In this document: piece after piece, positions 57,101 through 64,000 of the stretch
How positions within the stretch are numbered: the first letter of the stretch is position 1
Layout of the letters: the number at the start of each line of letters is the position of its first letter
From: an uncultured Bacteroidales bacterium
Lineage (GTDB): Bacteria > Bacteroidota > Bacteroidia > Bacteroidales > P3
Reading direction: 5' to 3'
Assembly: GCA_937915785.1 (NCBI GenBank)
Contig: CALGGY010000155.1
Location: 8,458-72,457 of the forward strand
Length of the DNA stretch: 64,000 nucleotides
The notes under the pieces: model-generated
Told to the model about the DNA's origin: nothing
Database searches by the model: none
Seen by the model: the letters and a program-made list of their open reading frames with translations, nothing else
Translations under genes and position numbers: made by a program

Positions 57101-58724
57101 AGGTGTTTTTGGTGGCCGACACAAGGTTTATGGCGTCGTAGTCTATGTCCTTGGCCTTGGCGTAGGCTTTCACGTAGTCGTACAGCTTGTCCTTTACGGT
57201 AACGCGCCCGCTGCCTTCCTCAAAGGTAACAAGCCCGGCCTTGGCCAGGTTGTGTATCATCTGTTTGGCCTGCATCAGGTCCATTTTTATGAAAATGGAG
57301 AATTCGTCGATGAAAAATTCGTTCTGCCCCTCTTTTTTGCAGTACAGGTACACCCTTTGCAGTGGGCTTATCTGGTCTATGCCCTGTATTTTCATGTATT
57401 TGTCGAGGGTATAGTAGTTGCTCGACTCGAACGACGAGAACGACTGAGCGCCCTGCTGGCGGAGCATGGAGATGTCCAATATGTCGTCGTCGAGTTTCCA
57501 GATAATGGACTCGCAGTACATGTCCAGAGCGTGGTAGGTGTTGTTGTAGGGGCTGTAGTAGTTGCGTTTGCTGTCGTTGATAATCATCACCTGCTTGTTG
57601 GCGGGAATGTAGCGCACGCTGACGCCGGAGTTGGTTATCGAGTCTTGGTCTATGTAGATGGTTATGCTGGCCTTGTCGGAATATATCTGCTCGGGGGCGA
57701 TGGTGAATTTGAACGAGTTCACCACAAGAAATTTCTTGCCGTTGCGATAGAAAATAAGATTTGCCGACGATGTGGCGTCGGAGGTGAGAAATTTGTTGCC
57801 GTTCATCATAAAACTGCCGCTGTAGTCCACGTTTTTCACAATGTCTTTCAGCACGAAGTTTTTGGTGTACGATTTAAATTTGGGGAACGAGTATTTGTCC
57901 TTGTCCATAGGCATGGTAACGTGCTCGTCGAGATGTCCGCGGATAGGTTCTTTGAAATATTTTGTGTTCACAAACTCCACGCTGTCGGCGCTGAATTTGG
58001 GGAATTTGGTGTTGGCCTCGTAGCGCTGCAGTTTGGCGTAGCAGGTGTTCACCGAAAGTCCGGTGCGGCTCCAGTCCACGCGCCCGCCCTTGCCGAGCCA
58101 TTTGTTGGAGTTGTAGTAGTAGACGCCCGTGGTGCCGTATAGCGAGCACATCTCCTTGTCGGAGCCGTAGTGGAGCTCGAACGACTTGTCGAACACCACG
58201 GTGGGCTGGCCGCCATCGAGTTTAAACTTGAAAGTGCTTCCTGGCTGACACTCCCAACGCGAGCTCTTGGAGGCGTATATGATATTCTTTTCCACAAGGC
58301 TGGTGGTATATTCGAACCAGTCGGTGAGGTCGTGCAGCTTACGCATCTTTTCGGTGCATTGCAGCCACGCGTCGAACGAGGCGCGTGCGTTTCCGTTGTC
58401 GTTTATCACTTTCTGCACGGTGGCGAAACTGGCCACGTCGGCAGGTTTGCACTTCAGTTTCACCATTTGGTTGGAGATGCCCACTATCCTGGTTTTCATG
58501 TCGGGCGTAATGTTGGCCCACACGCCGGCATATTCCGACACTATTTTGGCGTAAGCCTGCAGTTTTTCCTTGTCGGCACCTTTGTCCAATTCAAAAAAGG
58601 CACGCAACTCGTCGGTGTAGCGGGCTGTGGAGAAAGTGAATGTGTTTTTGCCTTTGGGCTGTGCCATGGCCGAAATGGTCATGCCAAAAATCACACACAG
58701 AATTGCTATTTTCTTCATTGTCAA
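54180..58724 (-). CDS. Very large secreted protein of unknown function (1514 aa) with an acidic C-terminal tail
   Basis: A single uninterrupted ORF with the signal peptide MTMKKIAILCVIFGMTISAMAQ. Codon usage resembles its neighbours. The C-terminus reads FEDEGDDEMFEEEEDSGDSEE. I recognise no motif. Confidence 0.85.
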   Translation of the reverse strand: MTMKKIAILCVIFGMTISAMAQPKGKNTFTFSTARYTDELRAFFELDKGADKEKLQAYAKIVSEYAGVWANITPDMKTRIVGISNQMVKLKCKPADVASFATVQKVINDNGNARASFDAWLQCTEKMRKLHDLTDWFEYTTSLVEKNIIYASKSSRWECQPGSTFKFKLDGGQPTVVFDKSFELHYGSDKEMCSLYGTTGVYYYNSNKWLGKGGRVDWSRTGLSVNTCYAKLQRYEANTKFPKFSADSVEFVNTKYFKEPIRGHLDEHVTMPMDKDKYSFPKFKSYTKNFVLKDIVKNVDYSGSFMMNGNKFLTSDATSSANLIFYRNGKKFLVVNSFKFTIAPEQIYSDKASITIYIDQDSITNSGVSVRYIPANKQVMIINDSKRNYYSPYNNTYHALDMYCESIIWKLDDDILDISMLRQQGAQSFSSFESSNYYTLDKYMKIQGIDQISPLQRVYLYCKKEGQNEFFIDEFSIFIKMDLMQAKQMIHNLAKAGLVTFEEGSGRVTVKDKLYDYVKAYAKAKDIDYDAINLVSATKNTSNAVLDLKSCDLKMEGVEKFVVSDSQKVAIYPKDQKITVKKNRDILFDGYINAGRFEMVVSNSTFLYDQFKLDLPQIDSMWFSVTSFTNPPKWERVKSPINQLVGEILIDAPDNHSSLKRTKDYPIFNSKQKSYVYYDNKAARIPGYVRGRFFYTLEPFTIKKMLKFQTDSLVFAGTLNSAGIFPDIKEPLRVQPDYSLGFVMNTPKNGLPLYGGKGHYNQTIDLSYKGFLGRGEISYLSSTTKTNDIVFLPDSMYATTDTFYIKEQLAGGTEFPDAQIGKANQRWYPYRDEMIVSQRAKGAPFSMYHKETKLAGSLTLRPGGLTGSGVATLLDAEITSDTFNMRRTDMNARQSMFRVKSDLFDDWAFWANNVRTNIDYKNRKGDIVSNEEINRTTLPMMNYAAYIDKATWAMDKHELSLKNSKSENTGGMENLDLRKRIHKGQPGALFVATSPAYDSLNFYSTEGVYRYNQARLTAKNTFIVYVADAAIAPNGDSLQILAKGKMAQLEKARIVANTDQMFHLMYNATADISSRTMYSASATIDYIDEDKKVQKILLSSVMPNAQGTSYGKGYISDSADFKLSSAFRYMGDVTVNAQEKDYIFAGGVQLVHNCVKEGEELGFLRFKGNIDPQHIEIPVAEIPTDSKNNRMTASVLFNLDDMKPYSAFLTKDKAVDNEILGASGFLTYDKIRKEYRIGSHEKLENIAEVPGNYLSLKTQSCEVYGEGKLNFEIKQNEAIKTYSYGSINIDDKKEDCNINMLFGFDFPMAEEAVNMMGQYIADDLGLAQADPENPMMRKALMDAMGEKGEETYNDLVGSGDFGKLPDLFKHTLFFGNINWKYLQGFGYYANGTATLTSVGKMQIHKKVRTKMQFVKRKTGTRLVIYLQIAKDHWYYFNYDLDKHVMLIKSSFVEFDDLIRGAKNREVKTSDGTYRYRLVTNASEVGRFTKKMETFEDEGDDEMFEEEEDSGDSEE

Positions 58725-58771
58725 ATATTTGCTTTAATTTTTGTGTTCTATTTGTTGTTGTTGGTCGGTTG

Positions 58772-58779
58772 CAAATATA
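58772..58779 (-). promoter_or_regulatory. Bacteroidota -7 promoter box (TATATTTG on the minus strand)
   Basis: Matches TAnnTTTG 48 nt upstream of the ATG at 58724. Confidence 0.4.
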
Positions 58780-58868
58780 GCAAAATGGTTGTTTTGCGTG
58801 GTTGCCGTTACTGCCAAGTTATCAAAAACCGGTTGGTGATAAGTTGGCAATCCTTGCCAGCAAAGGCG

Positions 58869-59849
58869 TCAGAAATTGCCTTTGGCTATGTCGGCGCGTA
58901 TTTTGGTCCATTGCTTGTCGGACAGGCGCACGCCCACCACGGACACTATGTTGCCCGACAGCAGTTTGCCGATATTTGCGGCGGCAGGTATGTCGAATCC
59001 TGCGGCGATGCCGTACAGGAAGCCCGCCGCGTAGAAATCGCCAGCGCCGGTGGTGTCCACTGTTTTGTGTTCCGAAATGCCTATCTGCCAAGTGTTTTCG
59101 TCACTTTTCACAAAAGAGCCTTTGCGACCCACTTTCACCACTGCTATTTGGCAGATGCCGGACAATGCGTTGAGCGCTTCGGCGGGCCCGTTGCCGGTGA
59201 AAGCGCGGGCCTCCTCTTCGTTGGCAAAAATGATGTCCACATGGCGCGACACTATATGTTTCAGAAAATCAAGATTTTCCATAACAATGTTGTACGAACC
59301 GAGGTCCATAGAAACCATCAGCCCGCAATGTTTGGCCATGAGTATGGCGGTTTCGGTAAGCTGGTGGTTCTGAAGCATATAGCCTTCGATATGCAATATG
59401 TCGGTACCGTCAAAAATTTCTTCGTTCAAGTTTTGGGCCGTCATTTCGAGTGCGGCGCCGAGGTGTGTGGCAAAAGTGCGTTCGCCGTCGGGTGTGATAA
59501 AGGTTATGGCGGTGCCGCTTGGAGTGGTGGAGTGGTACAGGCGTGGTATGGCGCCGCTGTTGCGCACCTCCTGTTCAAATATGGCGCCGATGTCGTCGCT
59601 GCCCACCATGCCAAGGAAGTAGGCCTCGCCGCCCAAGCGCGCTATGCCGCGGCAGGTGTTGCTGGCCGAACCGCCGGGGGCTATCCTTTTACGCAACTTG
59701 CCAATGCTCTTCTTGATGGACAGATAACGCTCTGCATCAATTATTTGCATACTACCTTTGGGCAGTTCCAAAGTGTCGAGCAGCTCGTCGGAGTTTAGCA
59801 TCACCAGCTCGTCGGTTAGGGCATTGCCCAAGCAGATAATTCGTTTCAT
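58869..59849 (-). CDS. PfkB-family carbohydrate/adenosine kinase
   Basis: The 326-aa ORF carries GGSASNT and the PfkB signature VDTTGAGDFYAAGFLYG. Confidence 0.88.
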   Translation of the reverse strand: MKRIICLGNALTDELVMLNSDELLDTLELPKGSMQIIDAERYLSIKKSIGKLRKRIAPGGSASNTCRGIARLGGEAYFLGMVGSDDIGAIFEQEVRNSGAIPRLYHSTTPSGTAITFITPDGERTFATHLGAALEMTAQNLNEEIFDGTDILHIEGYMLQNHQLTETAILMAKHCGLMVSMDLGSYNIVMENLDFLKHIVSRHVDIIFANEEEARAFTGNGPAEALNALSGICQIAVVKVGRKGSFVKSDENTWQIGISEHKTVDTTGAGDFYAAGFLYGIAAGFDIPAAANIGKLLSGNIVSVVGVRLSDKQWTKIRADIAKGNF

Positions 59850-59870
59850 AGTGTGTTCTATTTGTCTTGC

Positions 59871-60731
59871 TTACAGTATGTTGCCCAACTGTTCCTTTAT
59901 TTTTTCCAGTTCGTCTTTCATCACCACCACCAATTTCTGCAGCTCCGAGTGGTTGGCTTTGGAGCCCATGGTGTTTATTTCGCGCCCCATCTCTTGGGTT
60001 ATGAACGCCAGTTTTTTGCCGGTGCTTTCGGGCATTTCCATAGTTTCCACAAAATAGTCGATATGCTTTTGCAGACGCACTTTCTCTTCGGTGATGTCGA
60101 GTTTTTCGAGGTAGTAGATAAGCTCCTGCTCGAAACGGTTTTCGTCCACAGTGGTGCCAAGTTCGGCAAGGCTGCGGCGCAGACGCTCTTTCTGCTGTTC
60201 GATGCGCTCCGCCTCGTATTGCGGCACAAGGTTCAGTTTCTGTTGTATAAGCTCGATATGCTTGTAAAAATCGGCTTTCAGTATCTCGCCTTCGTGGAGG
60301 CGTGTGCTGTCAACGGTGGCTATAGCTTCTTTCACAAGATTGGCAATTGCCGTCCAAGTGCTTTCGTCTATCGTGGCAGTTTCGGTGGTGTCCCACACGT
60401 CGGGACGGCGCAACACACTGTCCATCAACATATTGACATCCTGTCCAAGTTGTTGGTACAGTTCGTTCAGATCGTTGAAATAGGCTTTGGCCACGGCTTT
60501 GTTCACCGATGCGGCTGGGGTTTGGCCGCCCTCGCTGGCAAGCACAAGGTCTATTTTTCCGCGTTCAAGACTGTTCAGCAGTGCCCTTATCTCCAGATCT
60601 TTGCCGCGAAGCTCGGCAGGTATTTTCACCGATGCGTCCATCTGTTTGCTGTTCAGCGTTTTAATCTCAACGGTATATACGCTTGTGCCTATTTGTTTCT
60701 GCAATTTGGCAAAGCCGGTCATAGATTTCAT
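59871..60731 (-). CDS. yicC: YicC/YloC family endoribonuclease
   Basis: The 286-aa ORF starts MKSMTGFA and has the C-terminal region REINTMGSKAN, typical of YicC. Confidence 0.9.
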   Translation of the reverse strand: MKSMTGFAKLQKQIGTSVYTVEIKTLNSKQMDASVKIPAELRGKDLEIRALLNSLERGKIDLVLASEGGQTPAASVNKAVAKAYFNDLNELYQQLGQDVNMLMDSVLRRPDVWDTTETATIDESTWTAIANLVKEAIATVDSTRLHEGEILKADFYKHIELIQQKLNLVPQYEAERIEQQKERLRRSLAELGTTVDENRFEQELIYYLEKLDITEEKVRLQKHIDYFVETMEMPESTGKKLAFITQEMGREINTMGSKANHSELQKLVVVMKDELEKIKEQLGNIL

Positions 60732-60744
60732 AAGTATGTGTGTT

Positions 60745-61767
60745 TTATTTTGTTACAATGCGTTTTTCGAATTCGGGCGTGGCGTAGGTCTTGTACTCGC
60801 CGTTTTCGTTATAAATAAAGTACGCCGATTTTATCTCTTTATTGTCTTTTATGTATTCGAGTGCTTTTTCCATGCCCATGGCCATGAAAGCTGTGGCAAA
60901 GGCGTCGGCTTTCCAAGCGCTGTCGGCCACAACGGAAACGCTCAGCAGCGAGTGGTTTACGGGATAGCCCGTAAGCGGGTCGATGGTGTGGGAGTATTTC
61001 ACGCCGTCCTTTTCGTAAAATTTGCGGTAGTTGCCCGATGTAACTATCGACTCGTTGCGCAGGTTCACCGTTATTTCTATCTGCCTTTCGGCGAACTTTT
61101 CCTCAGCGGGACGCTCCACGCCTACCACCCACGCCGAGCCGTCGGGCTTGGCGCCTTTGGCAATAACCTCGCCGCCAACATCGATGATATAGTTGGCAAT
61201 GCCTTTTCTGGACAGGAAATCGGCAATTACATCAACCGAATAGCCCTGGGCTATGGCGTTGAAATCCAGCTCCGTTTCGGGGTTTGTCTTGCGTAGAATT
61301 CTATTGCCGGCACTTTCCACTATAGTGAGGGGCAGGCCGGTGTACTGGCGGAGACTGTCCACCGTGGAACTGTCCAAATTGGAGCCTTGACGGAAGCCGA
61401 ATCCCCATGCATTAACCAGCTTGCCCACCGTGCAGTCGAAATAACCGCCCGAAAGCCTGCTCACACGCAACGCCTTGTCGAGCATGTCGCAAAACATGGG
61501 GCTCATCACCGAGTCGGAGTTGTCGTTTATCCTACGTATCAAAGAGTTGCCAACCCACAGCGATGCCGTTTGGTCGAAATCGGCAAGAATGGAGTCGATG
61601 GCGGCGCCTATATCGCGGTTTTGGCTGTCGTAGTAGGTTATGGCGTAGTAGGTGCCTTGGGCTTCGCCGCTAATTATTTTTTTTCCAGCATTGTGCCCAC
61701 ACGAAGCCAACACAATGACAAAAGCCGCCAAAAGCACTGCATGACAATATCTTACAAGAAAATTCAT
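60745..61767 (-). CDS. apbE: FAD:protein FMN transferase (ApbE family lipoprotein)
   Basis: The 340-aa ORF has the lipobox IVLASC and an ApbE-like pattern (FDQTASLW, IAQGYSVD, VTSGNYRKF, YSHTIDPLTG). Confidence 0.9.
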   Translation of the reverse strand: MNFLVRYCHAVLLAAFVIVLASCGHNAGKKIISGEAQGTYYAITYYDSQNRDIGAAIDSILADFDQTASLWVGNSLIRRINDNSDSVMSPMFCDMLDKALRVSRLSGGYFDCTVGKLVNAWGFGFRQGSNLDSSTVDSLRQYTGLPLTIVESAGNRILRKTNPETELDFNAIAQGYSVDVIADFLSRKGIANYIIDVGGEVIAKGAKPDGSAWVVGVERPAEEKFAERQIEITVNLRNESIVTSGNYRKFYEKDGVKYSHTIDPLTGYPVNHSLLSVSVVADSAWKADAFATAFMAMGMEKALEYIKDNKEIKSAYFIYNENGEYKTYATPEFEKRIVTK

Positions 61768-61856
61768 TGCACCATTTTTTTTTGCAAAAATACATTATTT
61801 TTATGGATTTCGCACGCTTTTGGACAAGTATTTTTTATTATTCCAACTTTTTTGTG

Positions 61857-61864
61857 TACTTTTG
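61857..61864 (+). promoter_or_regulatory. Bacteroidota -7 promoter box (TACTTTTG)
   Basis: Matches TAnnTTTG 28 nt upstream of the ATG at 61892. Confidence 0.35.
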
Positions 61865-61891
61865 CCGCCTGAAAAAACACTTTTTACAACA

Positions 61892-63019
61892 ATGATGAAA
61901 ATTGGCTACGACGCAAAGCGTGCGTTCAAAAATCGTACCGGCTTGGGCAACTACAGCCGCATGATTATTGGCGGCATTGCCAATACAGCCCCCCACATAA
62001 CGGGCCTGCTGTACACCCCCGGCATCAACGGCCAGTTTTCGGAATATTTCGACAATGTGCCCAACATAAAGGTGGTGCAGCCCGGCGGAGCGGCACGACT
62101 TTTCCCCCACCTGTGGCGCAGCTACGGAATTGCGGCTCGACTCAACAGCGATGGCGTGCAAATTTTCCACGGACTAAGCCACGAGCTGCCGCACCTTATC
62201 CCCAAAAGGGTGAAAACCGTGGTTACCATGCACGATATGATAGTGTGGCGGTACCCTAACCTGTTCAAGCCTTTCGACCGCATGGTTTATCGCATCAAAA
62301 TGAGGCATTCGTGTCATATTGCCGACCTTGTGGTGGCCGCCAGCCAGCAAACCAAGTCCGACCTGGTGGAGATACTTGACGTTCCGCCCGAAAAAATACG
62401 TGTGGTGTACCAGTCGTGCGACCCCATTTTTTGGCAACCACCAACCGAAGATGCAAAAAACGAAGCCCGAAACCGATACAACCTGCCACAAACGTACGCA
62501 ATATGCGTGGGAACCATCGAGCGCCGCAAAAACCAGCACTCCGTGGTACGTGCCATGGCCAACCTGCCCGATAGCCTGCACCTCGTATTGGTAGGCGGAC
62601 ACCACTCCAGCTACTACAACACCCTCCGGCAAACCATAAAAGAAACCGGCATGGAACAACGGGTACACATTTTGGACAACGCACGTTTTGCCGACTTCCC
62701 GGCACTCTACGCCGGCGCTATGATGTCGGTGTATGTGTCGGAGTTCGAGGGCTTTGGCATTCCCGTTTTGGAGGCCATGTGCTGCAACACGCCTGTTGTA
62801 ACTTCCAACACATCATCGATGCCCGAGGTGGGTGGCGATGCCGCATTATATGTAAATCCAACCAATGTGGACGACATCTACGAAAAAATCCTCGCCCTGT
62901 ACAACGACGAACACCTCCGCCAGCAACTTGTGGAAAAAGGCACACTGCAACGGCAGAATTTTACATCGCAAAAAATATCACGCCAAATGATTGATTTGTA
63001 CGAAGAACTCGCCCGTTGA
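61892..63019 (+). CDS. Glycosyltransferase (GT4/GT1-type, GT-B fold)
   Basis: The start is at MMKIGYDAKRAF, inside ORF 61820..63019. The protein carries the E-x7-E region EGFGIPVLEAMCCNTPVV. Confidence 0.87.
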   Translation: MMKIGYDAKRAFKNRTGLGNYSRMIIGGIANTAPHITGLLYTPGINGQFSEYFDNVPNIKVVQPGGAARLFPHLWRSYGIAARLNSDGVQIFHGLSHELPHLIPKRVKTVVTMHDMIVWRYPNLFKPFDRMVYRIKMRHSCHIADLVVAASQQTKSDLVEILDVPPEKIRVVYQSCDPIFWQPPTEDAKNEARNRYNLPQTYAICVGTIERRKNQHSVVRAMANLPDSLHLVLVGGHHSSYYNTLRQTIKETGMEQRVHILDNARFADFPALYAGAMMSVYVSEFEGFGIPVLEAMCCNTPVVTSNTSSMPEVGGDAALYVNPTNVDDIYEKILALYNDEHLRQQLVEKGTLQRQNFTSQKISRQMIDLYEELAR

Positions 63020-63066
63020 AAAAAGCATTTTTTTTATAAAAACTTGTTTTTTACAAAAAAAATATA

Positions 63067-63074
63067 TACCTTTG
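63067..63074 (+). promoter_or_regulatory. Bacteroidota -7 promoter box (TACCTTTG) for rpsA
   Basis: Matches TAnnTTTG 110 nt upstream of the rpsA ATG. Confidence 0.45.
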
Positions 63075-63183
63075 CAAAACCGATTTTCGGGGAGCGTTCT
63101 TGCCAACACTCTGAACCCGAAACAGTTAAACAACCAAAGTTTAACCCGACCGGGCAAGCGGTCACAAAAAAACAAAGAAACTG

Positions 63184-64000
63184 ATGGATTTAAAAAACAT
63201 CAAACCTCTCGAAGACTTCAATTGGGACGCTATTGGCAAAAAATCCACCCGCTACTCCCAAGAAGAAGAATCCAAACTCAACGACGCCTACGAAAAAACC
63301 TTTAACAAAATCACCGAACAGGAGATAGTGGAAGGCACCATCGTGGCCATCACCGACCGCGAAGTAGTGGTGAACATAGGATTCAAATCCGACGGCGTAA
63401 TCCCCGCCTCGGAAATCCGCTACAACCCCGACATCAAAGTGGGCGACAAAATCGAAGTGTACGTTGAAAGCCAAGAAGACGCCAACGGCCAGCTTATCCT
63501 CTCGCACAAAAAAGCACGCATCCTCAAATCGTGGGAGCGCGTAAACCAAGCCTACGAATCGCAGGAAGTCATCACCGGCGACGTGAAGAGCCGCACCAAA
63601 GGCGGTCTCATCGTTACCGTTTTCGACAACATCGAAGCCTTCCTCCCCGGCTCGCAGATCGACGTGAAACCCATCCGCGACTACGACGTTTTCGTTGGCA
63701 AACCCATGGAATTCAAAGTTGTTAAAATCAACCACGAATACAAAAACGTTGTTGTTTCGCACAAAGCCCTCATCGAAGACGAAATCGAAGCCCAGAAAGC
63801 CGAAATCATCTCCAAACTCGAAAAGGGACAAGTGCTCGAAGGCACCGTTAAAAACATCGTTTCCTACGGCGTATTCGTCGACCTCGGCGGCGTGGACGGT
63901 CTCATCCACATCACCGATCTCTCGTGGGGCCGCATAAGCCACCCCGAAGAAATCGTTCACCTCGACGAAAAAATCAACGTGGTCATCCTCGATTTCGACG
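63184..64000 (+). CDS. rpsA: 30S ribosomal protein S1 (5' part; continues beyond the window)
   Basis: It is absent from the ORF track because the frame is open at the edge. My translation from the ATG at 63184 reads MDLKNIKPLEDFNWDAIGKK...EGTIVAITDREVVVNIGFKSDGVIPASE...GQVLEGTVKNIVSYGVFVDLGGVDGLIHITDLSWGR, which shows consecutive S1 domains. Confidence 0.93.
   Translation, partial: MDLKNIKPLEDFNWDAIGKKSTRYSQEEESKLNDAYEKTFNKITEQEIVEGTIVAITDREVVVNIGFKSDGVIPASEIRYNPDIKVGDKIEVYVESQEDANGQLILSHKKARILKSWERVNQAYESQEVITGDVKSRTKGGLIVTVFDNIEAFLPGSQIDVKPIRDYDVFVGKPMEFKVVKINHEYKNVVVSHKALIEDEIEAQKAEIISKLEKGQVLEGTVKNIVSYGVFVDLGGVDGLIHITDLSWGRISHPEEIVHLDEKINVVILDFD

Noticed and set aside
54126-57101. A 991-aa stop-free ORF antisense to the 1514-aa gene. 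Similar very long antisense ORFs occur at 58170..59798 (542 aa), 35321..36685 (454 aa), 28673..30025 (450 aa), 41769..43079 (436 aa), 39356..40606 (416 aa), 20905..22143 (412 aa), 52264..53406 (380 aa), 50271..51308 (345 aa) and 63190..63960 (256 aa).
   Set aside because: Each lies exactly opposite a gene with clear family motifs. Their translations are V/G/H/F/A-rich with no signal peptides or motifs, as expected for shadow frames produced by the codon bias of the sense gene. I found no independent evidence of coding.
61785-61792. A TATTTTTG box on the minus strand 18 nt upstream of the apbE ATG.
   Set aside because: It is too close to the start codon to leave a normal leader. It lies in an A/T run where such matches arise by chance, so I did not list it as a feature.
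1-64000. A search by eye for tRNA, rRNA, tmRNA, SRP and RNase P genes, CRISPR arrays, transposases, integrases, and toxin-antitoxin or restriction-type defence genes.
   Set aside because: No intergenic region (the largest are 33675-34057, 36629-37012, 47765-48109 and 20668-20931) shows tRNA-like GC-rich cloverleaf segments or regularly spaced direct repeats. No ORF shows DDE, tyrosine-recombinase, nuclease or defence-ATPase motifs. A covariance-model scan (tRNAscan-SE, Infernal/Rfam) would be the decisive check.

Overview
This window reads as a chromosomal segment of a Bacteroidota genome, probably Bacteroidales. The evidence is TAnnTTTG promoter boxes, no Shine-Dalgarno sequences, T9SS genes and a Bat operon. 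About 55 densely packed CDS lie in six strand blocks. By eye I found no rRNA, tRNA, CRISPR array, transposase or integrase.

Main content:
(1) An intact type IX secretion core operon, porP/sprF-gldK-gldL-gldM-gldN (2.5-8.8 kb). Three predicted T9SS cargo proteins with C-terminal sorting domains also sit in the window: an S1-like serine protease, a 1006-aa Asp-box/BNR protein and a C25 gingipain-like cysteine peptidase.
(2) A complete Bat aerotolerance-type operon, moxR-DUF58-batD-like-batA-batB-batC-batD-batE. WG-repeat and RseC-like genes follow before the first terminator (20.9-31.2 kb).
(3) Housekeeping genes: rsmI, yebC, pta, rnz, tyrS, lptF/G-type permease, GH3-family, sufE, DUF59, MsbA-like ABC exporter, purB, murA, PfkB kinase, yicC, apbE and rpsA (partial).
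(4) Two accessory patches of secreted proteins of unknown function. One is a four-gene lipoprotein cluster (31.2-33.7 kb). The other is a four-gene cluster that looks more AT-rich (44.2-47.8 kb), encoding a Cys-containing secreted protein, two diverged tandem paralogs of about 416 aa, and a CHGC thioredoxin-fold protein. Each cluster follows an intergenic region in which a G10-G11 homopolymer lies 67-69 nt downstream of a TAnnTTTG promoter-like box. These are candidate phase-variable loci.
(5) A 1514-aa secreted protein with no motif I can recognise.

I cannot demonstrate a new system from sequence alone. The best candidate is the 44.2-48.1 kb module together with the parallel homopolymer leader at 33.8 kb. 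All family assignments rest on motif recognition by eye; no searches were run.
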